From: an uncultured delta proteobacterium
GTDB taxonomy: Bacteria > Desulfobacterota > Binatia > Binatales > Binataceae
NCBI GenBank assembly: GCA_963755905.1
Contig: CAVWLM010000006.1
Coordinates: 538,559-602,558, forward strand
Reading direction: 5' to 3'
Length of the DNA stretch: 64,000 nt
The position numbers and the translations under genes are program-made. The number at the start of each line of letters is the position of its first letter. The first letter of the stretch is position 1. This document shows positions 20,266-29,653 of this stretch, piece by piece. The notes under the pieces are model-generated. The model did not search any database. It saw only the letters and a program-made list of their open reading frames with translations, and was not told the origin of the DNA.

Positions 20266-20817
20266 ATGCCACGCAAGAAGCCGACCACCAAACCTACCGG
20301 CCGCGCGACGCGCGCCGCGCTCACTCATCTGGACCGCCGCGGCCGCGTGCGGATGGTCGACGTCGGTGGAAAGCCGGTAACCCGGCGCGAGGCGCTGGCG
20401 CGCGGCGCGGTCAAAATGGAACCCGCGACGCTGGCAGCGATCGTCGGCGGGACGCTTAAAAAGGGCGAAGCGCTGGCGGCGGCGCGCCTCGCCGGAATCA
20501 TGGCGGCCAAGCGCACTCACGAGTTGATCCCGCTGTGCCATCAGATTCCGTTAGAGGTGGTCGAGGTCGAATTCAGGCCCGATCCGGCCAGCGCGACGCT
20601 CCATATCCAGGCGCGCGCGGCCACCGTCGCGCGCACCGGGGTCGAAATGGAAGTGCTGGTGGCTTTAAGCGCCGCGGCGCTGACTATCTACGATATGGCC
20701 AAGGCGATCGATCGCGCGATGACGATCGAAACTATTCGGCTGGTCGGCAAATCGGGCGGCCGCAGCGGTACCTTCAAGCGCGCGGGCGAGCCGCGATGGC
20801 CGTCGGCGGACGGTTGA
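20266..20817 (+). CDS. moaC: Cyclic pyranopterin monophosphate synthase MoaC
   Basis: LTHLD...RMVDVGGK...ALTIYDM are MoaC hallmarks; a short N-terminal extension is present. Confidence 0.85.
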   Translation: MPRKKPTTKPTGRATRAALTHLDRRGRVRMVDVGGKPVTRREALARGAVKMEPATLAAIVGGTLKKGEALAAARLAGIMAAKRTHELIPLCHQIPLEVVEVEFRPDPASATLHIQARAATVARTGVEMEVLVALSAAALTIYDMAKAIDRAMTIETIRLVGKSGGRSGTFKRAGEPRWPSADG

Positions 20818-20835
20818 GCGACACCGCCTCCGAAG

Positions 20836-22038
20836 TTGGAAAACGCTCGACAGAACCGCGCAGCCGCTCGCGTGTTCATCAAAAGAGGCCGCGAGGGACC
20901 GGTTCGCGGCGGCAATCCCTGGGTCTTCTCGCAGGCTATCGATCGCGTCGAACCAGCGGCCATCGAACCCGGCGCGCGCGTGTGGGTTCTCGACGCGGCC
21001 GGGACGACGCTGGGACACGGCTATTACAATCCGGCGACCACGATCGCGGTCCGAATGCTCGCACTTGGCGGCGAGCCCGGTCCCGCCGAAATTGTTAGCT
21101 GGCGTATGCGGCGCGCGCTCAGGCTGCGCGAGCAACTGATCGGCCCGGACACGGATTGTTATCGTATGCTCAACGGCGACGGCGACGGCCTCTCGGGCGT
21201 GATCGTCGACCGCTACGGCGAGGTCGCGGTGGTGCAACTGCTGACCGCGGGCGCCGAGCGGATGCGCGCGGAGATCGTCGAGCAACTAAACCTGACCATC
21301 TCGCCGCGCGCTATTTTCGAGCGCAGCCAGGGCGCCGTGCGCAGACAGGAGGGCCTCGAAGATCGCGTGGGTCTGATCGCGGGTTCGCCGGCCGGAGAAG
21401 TCCTGGTGCGCGAGAACGATCTGCGAATGACCGCCGACCTGGAGCACGGGCAGAAGACCGGCGCGTTTCTCGACCAGCGCGAGAATCGCGCCCACTTCGG
21501 CCGGCTGGCCGCCGGCGCGCGCGTGCTCGATTTATGCTGCTACGGCGGGGGCTTCGCGCTGAACGCGCTCAAGGGCGGCGCAAACGAAGTCGTCGCCGTC
21601 GACACTTCCGCGCATGCGCTCGATTGGGCGCGGCGCAACCTTGAGCTCAACGGCTATCCGCCCGACGCCGTCCGCTTCGTGCACGGGGAGGCGGGCGAAT
21701 TGCTCGCCAGGCGGGACGGAGTTTTCGATTCGATCGTGCTCGACCCGCCGCCATTTGCGCGCAGTCGCGGCGACGCGCGGCGCGCGGAACATCTATACGT
21801 GGAACTCAACGCGCTCGCGATGGGCGCGCTGAGCCCCGGCGGCTTCCTCATGACCTTCAGTTGCTCGTCGCACTTTCGCGGCGAGGATTTCGTCCGCGCG
21901 GTGAGAATCGCCGAAGGCCGCTCGGTGCGCCGGATGCGCCTGCTCGCGCGTCTGGGTCCCGGCCCCGACCATCCGGTGCTGCTGGGCCATCCCGAGGGCG
22001 AATATCTGACTGGAGTGTTGTTGCGCGACCTCGGCTAA
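20836..22038 (+). CDS. rlmI: 23S rRNA (cytosine-C5) methyltransferase RlmI-like, class I SAM-dependent methyltransferase
   Basis: N-terminal NPWVFSQAIDRV; SAM motif VLDLCCYGGGFALNA; DPPPFAR motif. Confidence 0.8.
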   Translation: MENARQNRAAARVFIKRGREGPVRGGNPWVFSQAIDRVEPAAIEPGARVWVLDAAGTTLGHGYYNPATTIAVRMLALGGEPGPAEIVSWRMRRALRLREQLIGPDTDCYRMLNGDGDGLSGVIVDRYGEVAVVQLLTAGAERMRAEIVEQLNLTISPRAIFERSQGAVRRQEGLEDRVGLIAGSPAGEVLVRENDLRMTADLEHGQKTGAFLDQRENRAHFGRLAAGARVLDLCCYGGGFALNALKGGANEVVAVDTSAHALDWARRNLELNGYPPDAVRFVHGEAGELLARRDGVFDSIVLDPPPFARSRGDARRAEHLYVELNALAMGALSPGGFLMTFSCSSHFRGEDFVRAVRIAEGRSVRRMRLLARLGPGPDHPVLLGHPEGEYLTGVLLRDLG

Positions 22039-22061
22039 ACGCATCTCTCGCTCACTCATGC

Positions 22062-22200
22062 GCGTGCAAAGGTGGATGGCGATCCGCCCAGGGCGCGGCC
22101 TGCTCGATTTGCGCGGCCAAGCGCAGCAATAAATCCTCTCGTCCATAGGCCGCCACGAACTGCACGCCGACTGGCAGCCCGTCGGGCGTCATGTGCAGCG
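22062..22200. repeat. 139-bp diverged duplicate (about 95% identical) of the 3' end of the amidase gene at 24488..24626; left boundary of the inserted segment
   Basis: Direct alignment of 22062-22200 against 24488-24626 shows 7 mismatches; the copy would encode ...PLHAHE* in place of ...PLHA*. Confidence 0.8.
22094..22118. repeat. Copy 1 of the 25-nt core CGCGGCCTGCTCGATTTGCGCGGCC (candidate att core)
   Basis: Exact 25-mer present three times: 22094, 23654 and 24520. Confidence 0.8.
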
Positions 22201-22251
22201 GCCGAATACTAAACAGTTTATTGAATAGTCACTTGCCACCTCTTGCTGTTT

Positions 22252-23397
22252 CTAGCGGAGGAACCGCATCGTGGTTCCCGGCGGATACGTACCGCGCCTC
22301 CGACCATCCTTAGCTCGCACAATCTGGAGCTGCTCTGCCATCTCTAAAGGTTTCAACGTCCGGGTCTTAACGTGCGATGGTAAGTAAGGCGTCTCTGTAA
22401 GTGCGTAGTGCTCCGCATCATAGATGCTGAAGGTCCGGTCGCCGAAATGAATTCTGAGAGCGTTGCGGAGTTGTGTCGTGTCCGGCTCCGGCTGGAATAG
22501 CGTTATCTGATCCGACGATGTCGAGTCGGCAAATCGCTGCCCCGCCGCGGGGTCGGTCTTCCACATAGCCTCCTTCATCTTCTGCAGGCCGAGCTCATGC
22601 TTCGTCCCGAAGAAAAGGTGGTATCCCGAATTCCTGTGCGCGGTGACAATCTCAAAAGATCGAACGTAGTCGAGACCGCATACACGTTTGAGCTGCGCCT
22701 GAAAAAGATTGTGAAGAAGCTGTAGTCGGGCCGCGCCTTTCAAACTGCGGGCGGCCGTCCATTCGTCGGTTCCGAACAGCGTCGTTAGAGCATTCTCTTG
22801 ATCAGGGTGCGACAAGAACCGATTGATGAAAAGAAGCGGGACGTAAATCAAAACCTCGCATCTGGCAAACTGAAGGAACCTTCCAGACAGCTGCATGCTG
22901 GCCTGAGCGTAACCAAATGGATCGATGAATGCGAAAGTAGGCGCGAGGATCTTTCCCGCTTTTTCAATGTCGTCGAGGGCCTCCCCGAAAATATCTTGAT
23001 ATGCGCCAAGCTGGATGTCGATCTTGACGTTAGCCGGGAACTGGGAACGCAGTTTGTCTACCTCACTATTGAGTCGCTCAGCGCGATCCCTATTTTCTTC
23101 AATAAAAATATAAACGAGTTCAGCGGTGATCTTTTCTCTGTACTTGTGCTCAAGAAATGACTTCAACGCGACGATCGGCGAGCCGGGCTCTCCGTCAGCA
23201 TAGACACCTGGTCCCGCGAACCCATCGATGTAAATCAGGCGGCCGTTATTCGCAGACATGATGGGCAACCACGCGTCGAGATAGCCGCGAAGGATCCTAT
23301 GTTTCGCCTTGGTGTGCGCTTCGATCCGCCAGACGGTTTCTGTCGGCTTAGCCATCGCTATCCCTGGTATTGTTTTATGGGTTCGGGATGACGACAA
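22252..23397 (-). CDS. Hypothetical low-GC cargo protein with a Rossmann/MTase-like motif I (IDGFAGPG); tentatively resembles the 'three-Cys-motif partner protein TcmP' family
   Basis: 381-aa ORF, AT-richer than the genome; N-terminus W-x5-HTKAKHRIL...YLDAW...IYIDGFAGPGVY; the family assignment is from memory only. Confidence 0.5.
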   Translation of the reverse strand: MSSSRTHKTIPGIAMAKPTETVWRIEAHTKAKHRILRGYLDAWLPIMSANNGRLIYIDGFAGPGVYADGEPGSPIVALKSFLEHKYREKITAELVYIFIEENRDRAERLNSEVDKLRSQFPANVKIDIQLGAYQDIFGEALDDIEKAGKILAPTFAFIDPFGYAQASMQLSGRFLQFARCEVLIYVPLLFINRFLSHPDQENALTTLFGTDEWTAARSLKGAARLQLLHNLFQAQLKRVCGLDYVRSFEIVTAHRNSGYHLFFGTKHELGLQKMKEAMWKTDPAAGQRFADSTSSDQITLFQPEPDTTQLRNALRIHFGDRTFSIYDAEHYALTETPYLPSHVKTRTLKPLEMAEQLQIVRAKDGRRRGTYPPGTTMRFLR

Positions 23398-23653
23398 AAC
23401 TCGTGTTCACACAAGGCACGATCGCAATCTAAACCCGAAGGCCGTCGGCCATCTGACCAGGGCCGCGGCGCGTGACTGCCGATCCGCCACGGGTAGCCGA
23501 GGTTCTCTCAATCTCCTCAAGCCAATGGACGTGCTGGCATTGGCGCCATCAACGGATCATCTGGGACTTAGCCTGCGATCGCTTCCAGCGCGGCTCCCTC
23601 ACCACGCATCGTGCGTACCAGCGCAACTCTTCGCGGAGTGGGATCTAACCATC

Positions 23654-23678
23654 ACGCGGCCTGCTCGATTTGCGCGGC
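23654..23678. repeat. Copy 2 of the 25-nt core; it is internal, between the TcmP-like and higBA cassettes
   Basis: Exact match to the 25-mer; the flanks are not homologous to the amidase 3' end. Confidence 0.75.
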
Positions 23679-23779
23679 CCCACAATCTAACAGCACCGCG
23701 CTGTCCCTGATGCGCGCTCGTGAGTACTCGATGCGATTTCGCCCGCACCAGCTCGAATCGGAAATCCAAGTTACTCCGC

Positions 23780-24064
23780 CTAGCCGAATTCCAATCGAAG
23801 CCGCATGCCCAGAACCTTTGCCGCCCGCGCCATCGTGCGCAGGGTAACCGATTCGTTGGCGGGATCAAGGAGTCGGTCGAGCGCTGCGCGGCTGGTCCGC
23901 ATCGCACGCGCCATTTCCGACTTGGACATCCGCTTCTCTTCCATCCCGCGCGAAACTTGCCAGGCGATAACTCGCTTGAGCGCCGCGGCTTCCACTTCGG
24001 CGAGGCTGTCGTCCTTGGCGAGCATCTCGTCAAGCGAAGAGCCCATACGCTTGTGCCGTTTCAT
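23780..24064 (-). CDS. higA: HigA-like antitoxin (XRE-family HTH)
   Basis: 94 aa; HTH segment MSKSEMARAMRTSRAALDRLL; its start overlaps the toxin stop by 4 nt. Confidence 0.65.
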   Translation of the reverse strand: MKRHKRMGSSLDEMLAKDDSLAEVEAAALKRVIAWQVSRGMEEKRMSKSEMARAMRTSRAALDRLLDPANESVTLRTMARAAKVLGMRLRLEFG

Positions 24065-24416
24065 CGTTCCCGCTCCACAAACCGCTTGCGCTCGATTGCC
24101 AAATTAAGATCCGGCTTCGCCGTCTTCTGCGATTTCTTGATGAAGCCGTGCAGCAGTATCATCTGGCCTTCGCTGATGCAGAACAGCACCCGAGCTGTTC
24201 GATTCCCGCCAAGCCGGTCCTTATCTTGTAAAGTCCCATTCCCATGGGCCGACAGACCGGCATTCCAATTGGCCAGCCGTATTCGACGGTTTTGATGTCC
24301 GTGCCGATGAGTATCCGCTCCGCCCTGTCTAGCGACCTGAGCCACTCCCGCACCGGCTCGCTGCCGTTCTCATTCCGGTAAAAGCGCGCTGGTATTCGCT
24401 TGCGCTGTTCAGGCAT
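24061..24416 (-). pseudogene. higB: HigB/RelE-family toxin, frameshifted near residue 65 (or a base-call indel)
   Basis: N-terminal half (IPARFYRNENGSEPVREWLRSL...GLYKIRTGLAG) sits in one frame (24159..24416) and the C-terminal half (NRTARVLFCISEGQMILLHGFIKKSQKT) in another (24061..24345). Confidence 0.55.
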
Positions 24417-24483
24417 TCAGCGTCGTACCACAAATGGTACAGCATACTCGAAGTGGTTGCCAGTGGCAGAAAGTCCAGCGATT

Positions 24484-25941
24484 TTACGCGTGCAAAGGTG
24501 GATGGTGATCCGCCCAGGGCGCGGCCTGCTCGATTTGCGCGGCCAGGCGCAGCAACAAATCCTCTCGTCCGTAGGCCGCTACGAATTGCACGCCGACCGG
24601 CAGCCCGTCGGGCGTCATGTGCAGCGGCAACGAGATGGCGGGCAGGCCCGCGATATTCCACGGCGCCGTAAAGGGGCTGACCTCGTTGAGCCGTGTGCCG
24701 ACGTTGCGCGGATGCTCGCCGGGGCGGACCTTGAAAATTCCCAGTTCCGGCGGCGGCTGAGCCATCGTGGGCGTCACCAGCACGTCGAACCCGCCACTCC
24801 ACCATCCCGCCGCCGCGCGCGAAAAATGATTGAACCATTCGCACGCGGCCATGTATTCAACCAGTTTCAAGCGACGGCCGCGCTCGATCAGGAACCAGTT
24901 CCATTCGTCGAAATCCTCGGGACCGACCGCGCGCCCGAGCATCGGCTCGACCACAGCCGCCTGGCGCGCGACGCCGCCCGCTACAACCCGGCCGAAGGCG
25001 GAGCTGAGAGTGGCTTCGTCGAGCACCGCGGGAAAACTCGGCTCGACCGTGTGGCCGATCGCCTCCAGCAATTTCGCCGCGTTGCGCACCGCGGCGGCGC
25101 ATTCGGGATGGATTCCCGGATGGGTCAGCGGGGCGCGATCCATGAAACCGATTCGTAGCCGGCCCGGCGCCTCGCCGACCTCGTCGCGGAACGGACGCGC
25201 CGGCGCCGGCGCCGTCCACGGATCGCCCGGCATGTAACCCGCGACCGCGTCCAGCGCGGCGGCGGCGTCGCGCACGGTGCGCGCCAGAGCTCCTTCCTCA
25301 CACAGGCCATGCCAGAACTCCGCGTGCGCGGGTCCGAGCGAGGTCCGTCCGCGCGAGCCTTTGAGCCCGACCAGTCCGCAGAAGGAGGCCGGAATCCGGA
25401 TCGATCCGCCAGCGTCGTTGCCATGCGCGATCGGCACGATGCCCGAGGCGACCGCGGCGGCCGCGCCGCCGCTCGAGCCGCCGGCCGTCCGCGCCGTGTT
25501 CCACGGATTGCGCGTCGCTCCCCACGCTCGCGTCTCGGTCGAGAGCGTCGCGCCCCATTCCGGCACCGTGCTCTGCGCGAGCGTGATTAGCCCCGCCGCA
25601 CGAAATTTCGCCGCCACGTACGAAGTCGCCTGCGCAACCATTTTGGCGTCCTTGAAGGGCTTCCATCCCCAGCTAAACGGCTCGCCCTCCGTCGTCTGGA
25701 GCAGGTCTTTCATCAGGAACGGCACGCCGCGGAAGATGCCATCCGGGATGGCGCCGCGGTCGTGCGCTTCGGCCCGCGCCTTGTCGTAGCGCTCGAAGAT
25801 GACGCAGTTGAGTTGCGGGTTAAGCCGCTCGATCCGCGCGATCGCGGCGTCGGCCAGTTCGGCCGGCGTGACCGCGCCCTGGGCGACGAGTTGGGCCTGC
25901 GCGGTCGCGTCGAGCCAGGTAAGTTCGTCCTTGCCGATCAT
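24484..25941 (-). CDS. Amidase (amidase-signature family), second paralogue
   Basis: GGSSGGAAAAVASG...GNDAGGSIRIPASFCGLVGLKGSRG; its 3' end carries copy 3 of the 25-nt core (24520..24544). Confidence 0.85.
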   Translation of the reverse strand: MIGKDELTWLDATAQAQLVAQGAVTPAELADAAIARIERLNPQLNCVIFERYDKARAEAHDRGAIPDGIFRGVPFLMKDLLQTTEGEPFSWGWKPFKDAKMVAQATSYVAAKFRAAGLITLAQSTVPEWGATLSTETRAWGATRNPWNTARTAGGSSGGAAAAVASGIVPIAHGNDAGGSIRIPASFCGLVGLKGSRGRTSLGPAHAEFWHGLCEEGALARTVRDAAAALDAVAGYMPGDPWTAPAPARPFRDEVGEAPGRLRIGFMDRAPLTHPGIHPECAAAVRNAAKLLEAIGHTVEPSFPAVLDEATLSSAFGRVVAGGVARQAAVVEPMLGRAVGPEDFDEWNWFLIERGRRLKLVEYMAACEWFNHFSRAAAGWWSGGFDVLVTPTMAQPPPELGIFKVRPGEHPRNVGTRLNEVSPFTAPWNIAGLPAISLPLHMTPDGLPVGVQFVAAYGREDLLLRLAAQIEQAAPWADHHPPLHA

Positions 25942-25995
25942 CCTAAGACGCCTCCCCCAAGCGTTTTCTATGATCTGGAAGCCGCGGCGTGAAGC

Positions 25996-27507
25996 TCACT
26001 CGACAATTGTTTCCACGCCGGCGCCCGCGCTCGCGGGCTTCAAAAGCATGCACCAGGGCGCGAGGAAAAGTACAACGGCCGCGAGCATCAGGTACACGTC
26101 GTTGTACGCGAGCAGCCAGGCTTGAGCGGCGGCCGCCGCGGCAGTGAGATGACCCATCGCGCCGGAAAGCGGCATCGCCAGCAGCCGCGCCAGATGAACC
26201 TGGCGGCGTGCGGCCAGCAGATTGGTGGAGACCGCGATCCCGGTGGCTGCGCCGATATTGACCATCATGCTGAACAGGCTCGAAGCGAAGCCCATGCGCT
26301 CCCGCTGGATCTGGCCGAGGCCGAAAGCCGTCACCGTCGGAAAGACCGAGCCCAGCCCCAATCCGAACAGGAAAATTGGCAACAGGACCCCATGCATGGT
26401 GACGGCGAGGCCCCAATGCGACATCCGCCAGACTTCGTAAGCGGCCAGAACGAATCCGCAGGTGATAAGCGGACGCATATCGGTGCCGCGGCGCGAAAGC
26501 TGGCCTACAGCTAAAAGCGCGATGACGACGCCCAATCCGCGCGGCGCTACCGCGAGGCCGGCCTTCCACGCGTCATAGCCGAGTAGCGTCTCCAGGAACA
26601 GCGGATTCAGCAGGTTGATGCTGAACAGCGCCAGCGCCTGGATCGAAATGATCGCCACGGCCAGCGTGAAACCGAAAATCTTGAACATCCGAAAATCGAT
26701 GATCGGTTCGGGAAAGCGCAACTCGTGGAACACGAGCGCAACGGCCGAAAGCGCGGACAGCACGCACGCATAACGCACCCACGGCGCGGCGAACCATCCG
26801 TCGAGTCCACCCAGGGCGAGTACGACCTGAAAAAGTCCAAACGCCACCGCGACCAGGATTATGCCGAAGTAGTCGATACGGCCGCTGCCCCGCTGCCGGC
26901 GCAGATAAAGCGGGTCGTGTACGAAAGCGTACACCATCAGCATCGCGACCACGCCGGTGGGCACGTTGATAAAAAAGACCCAGCGCCAACTCCAGTTGAT
27001 CGTGATCCAGCCGCCGAGCGTGGGACCGAGCACCGGCGCCGCCATCAGGCCCATCCCGAACGTCGTCATCGCGAGCGTGTGCTCGTCGGGTGAAAAGGTC
27101 TCGATGAGAATCGCCTGCGCGAGCGGGATCATCGCGGCGCCTGCCGCGCCCTGGAGCAGCCGGAAAATCACCATCTCGCCAACGCCGCCGGCCAGCCCGC
27201 ACATCGCGGAGGTAACTACGAACGTCAGCACCGAAGCGAGGAAATAGCGCTTGCGCCCGAAGCGTACCGCGCACCACCCGGTCATCGGAATCATCACGCT
27301 CACGGCGACCAGGTAGCTGGTGACCACCCAGGTAATCCGGTCGATGCCGGCGCCGAAGCTTTTCTGCATGTACGGCAGCGAGACGTTGACGATCGAGGCG
27401 TCGAGCACTGTCATGACCGCGCCGATCATCACCGCGCCGGCCACCAGCCATTTACCAACGGCCAGCGGATGCGTGTCGGCGGTCGCCTCGAGCGAAGGAG
27501 TAGTCAT
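25996..27507 (-). CDS. MFS transporter, DHA2 (EmrB/QacA-like, 14-TMS) family
   Basis: 503 aa; MFS motif A GRKR; 14 hydrophobic segments. Confidence 0.8.
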   Translation of the reverse strand: MTTPSLEATADTHPLAVGKWLVAGAVMIGAVMTVLDASIVNVSLPYMQKSFGAGIDRITWVVTSYLVAVSVMIPMTGWCAVRFGRKRYFLASVLTFVVTSAMCGLAGGVGEMVIFRLLQGAAGAAMIPLAQAILIETFSPDEHTLAMTTFGMGLMAAPVLGPTLGGWITINWSWRWVFFINVPTGVVAMLMVYAFVHDPLYLRRQRGSGRIDYFGIILVAVAFGLFQVVLALGGLDGWFAAPWVRYACVLSALSAVALVFHELRFPEPIIDFRMFKIFGFTLAVAIISIQALALFSINLLNPLFLETLLGYDAWKAGLAVAPRGLGVVIALLAVGQLSRRGTDMRPLITCGFVLAAYEVWRMSHWGLAVTMHGVLLPIFLFGLGLGSVFPTVTAFGLGQIQRERMGFASSLFSMMVNIGAATGIAVSTNLLAARRQVHLARLLAMPLSGAMGHLTAAAAAAQAWLLAYNDVYLMLAAVVLFLAPWCMLLKPASAGAGVETIVE

Positions 27508-27541
27508 AGGTCGGAAGCCGCGGCCGAATCAGCCTCGCCGC

Positions 27542-28654
27542 CTAGCCCAGATTGCCGGGGTCGAGACGGTCGCGCAGATGGTCGCCGAGAAAGTTGAAGG
27601 ACATCACGGTCAGGAAAATGAAAATACCGGGGATCAGAATCCACGGATAACGCGCGAGGTTCTGCACGTCCTGCGCCTGCGCCAGCAGGTTACCCCAGCT
27701 TGCGGCCGGCTCCTGGATACCGAGGCCGAGCAGCGAGAGCGCGCTCTCGCCAAGAATGAAGCCCGGGATCGACAGCGTCGCCGCCACGATCGCGTAGCCG
27801 ATCACCGAGGGGATGATGTGCAGAAATATCACGCGCGCGCGCGAGGCCCCCAGCGCGCGCGCCGCCTCGACGTAAGGGCGCGAGCGCACCGAAGCCGCCA
27901 TCCCGCGGATGATCCGCGCGAACCCGGCCCAGCTTATGAAGCTCATGATCGCGACGATCATAAAGAAGGTCAGCACCGGGCTTATTCCGGAAGGAATCAC
28001 CGCCGCCAGCGCGAGCAGAAAGTAAAATGACGGCAGCGACATCTCGATCTCCGACCAGCGCATGATCAGATTGTCGGTGAGCCCGCCGACATAACCCGAG
28101 AACGCGCCCACCGTGATGCCGAGCGAGAAACTGATCAGCACGCCGATGAGGCCCACGCACATGCTGACGCGCGAGCCGTAAACGATGCGCGAGAAGAGGT
28201 CGCGGCCCAGCCCGTCGCTGCCCATGATGAAGTAAGGCGCGTCGGCCGACTCGGTGGTGAAGAGATGGCCGCGGCGCAAGAAGCGCAGGTAGGTCTTGCG
28301 CGAGAAGTCGGGGGTGAACACGCGCGCCGCGGCATCGCTCATTCGCATCGGATAGGCATAGAGGAAGCCGTGCGCCCACTCGGCGGGGCTCGCCAGATGA
28401 ATACGCATCGGCGGACAGTCGGGCAGGTCGCGATACTGGCGGATCGGATCGTACGGCGCAACGAAGGGCGAGGCCGCTGCCAGGAAGTAGAAGAGCAGCA
28501 GGCAGCCGACCGAAAGCCGCACCACCCATGAGGCGCGGCGCCATTCGCGGGCGAGGCCCTCGCGCAGCGCGCGGGCGCGCGGCGCTCGCGCGGGCGGACG
28601 GCCGGCCGCCGGGTAGTCGTGCGCAACTGTCGCGTAGGACGCCGGCATGTTCAC
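27542..28654 (-). CDS. ABC oligopeptide/dipeptide permease (DppC/OppC-like)
   Basis: EAAxALGA-type motif (VEAARALGASRARVIF); long N-terminal extension. Confidence 0.8.
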   Translation of the reverse strand: MNMPASYATVAHDYPAAGRPPARAPRARALREGLAREWRRASWVVRLSVGCLLLFYFLAAASPFVAPYDPIRQYRDLPDCPPMRIHLASPAEWAHGFLYAYPMRMSDAAARVFTPDFSRKTYLRFLRRGHLFTTESADAPYFIMGSDGLGRDLFSRIVYGSRVSMCVGLIGVLISFSLGITVGAFSGYVGGLTDNLIMRWSEIEMSLPSFYFLLALAAVIPSGISPVLTFFMIVAIMSFISWAGFARIIRGMAASVRSRPYVEAARALGASRARVIFLHIIPSVIGYAIVAATLSIPGFILGESALSLLGLGIQEPAASWGNLLAQAQDVQNLARYPWILIPGIFIFLTVMSFNFLGDHLRDRLDPGNLG

Positions 28655-29635
28655 TCACTCCGTGCTAAGCGAGGAGAAATCGACCCGCGGGTCCACCAGC
28701 ACCAACGCGATGTCCGCGAGCAGGTTGCCCAACAGCAGCAGCACGGTTCCCATCAGCACCGATCCCATCACCAGGTAGATGTCGAGCGAGCGCACCGCGT
28801 CGAGCAACAGCAGTCCCAGACCCTGCAGGTTCATTACCGCCTCGATCAGCGCCGCACCACCCAGTAAATCGGCGAGGCCGTAGCCGGCAAGCGTAACGAA
28901 GGGATTGAGCGCGTTGCGCAACACGTGTTTGTACATCACGACTCGTTCCGGCAGGCCCTTGGCGCGCGCCGTGCGTACGAATTCGGAGTTTTTGATCTCG
29001 AGGATTTGCGAGCGCATCAGGCGCATCAGCGACGCCATCCCCGCGACGCCCAGCACGAACACCGGCAGGATGAGATGGTTGATGCGGTCGGCTATGCGGC
29101 CCCAGAAGTCCAGGCTCTCATAGTAAGGCGAAAAGGTTCCGCCGACCGGGAACCATCCGCTGCGCAGCGCCAGGTACATCATCAGGAACGCGAGAAAGAA
29201 GTTCGGCACCGACATTCCGAAGAACGCCACGAACGACAGCACGCGATCCCAGATCGAGTTCTGCCGGACCGCCACGACGATCCCGATCGGAATCGCGACC
29301 ACCCAGGCGAAGATCATGCTCGCCAGGGCCAGGATGACCGTGTTGAACGCGCGCGCGGCGATGAGCGAGGTCACGTTGACCCGATAGCTCATCGACATCC
29401 CGAGATTGAGATGGAGCAACTGCCAGAGCCACTTCGCATAACGCGTCAGGAGCGGCTGATCGAGGCCGAACTGCGCCTCCATCTGGTGAATCACCTGCGG
29501 CGAAATGGCCGGGTTGAGCTTGAGGTTGGTGAGAAAATTGCCCGGCGCAAGCGACATCACCAGGAACGACAGGAAAGTGATCCCGATGATCAGCGGGACC
29601 ATGTTGAGCAGGCGCTTTATCAGGAACCTGGTCAT
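28655..29635 (-). CDS. ABC oligopeptide/dipeptide permease (DppB/OppB-like)
   Basis: 326 aa; N-terminal FLIKRLLNMVP...; motif TARAKGLPERVV. Confidence 0.8.
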   Translation of the reverse strand: MTRFLIKRLLNMVPLIIGITFLSFLVMSLAPGNFLTNLKLNPAISPQVIHQMEAQFGLDQPLLTRYAKWLWQLLHLNLGMSMSYRVNVTSLIAARAFNTVILALASMIFAWVVAIPIGIVVAVRQNSIWDRVLSFVAFFGMSVPNFFLAFLMMYLALRSGWFPVGGTFSPYYESLDFWGRIADRINHLILPVFVLGVAGMASLMRLMRSQILEIKNSEFVRTARAKGLPERVVMYKHVLRNALNPFVTLAGYGLADLLGGAALIEAVMNLQGLGLLLLDAVRSLDIYLVMGSVLMGTVLLLLGNLLADIALVLVDPRVDFSSLSTE

Positions 29636-29653
29636 CGCTTGCGCGGGACGCGA

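Noticed and set aside
22062-24544. Possibility that the three 25-nt repeats are integron attC sites or a CRISPR array
   Set aside because: No R''/R' (RYYYAAC / GTTRRRY) core pair or attC-like imperfect palindrome; only three widely spaced copies (1.5 kb and 0.85 kb apart) embedded in gene homology; no cas genes and no regular spacing
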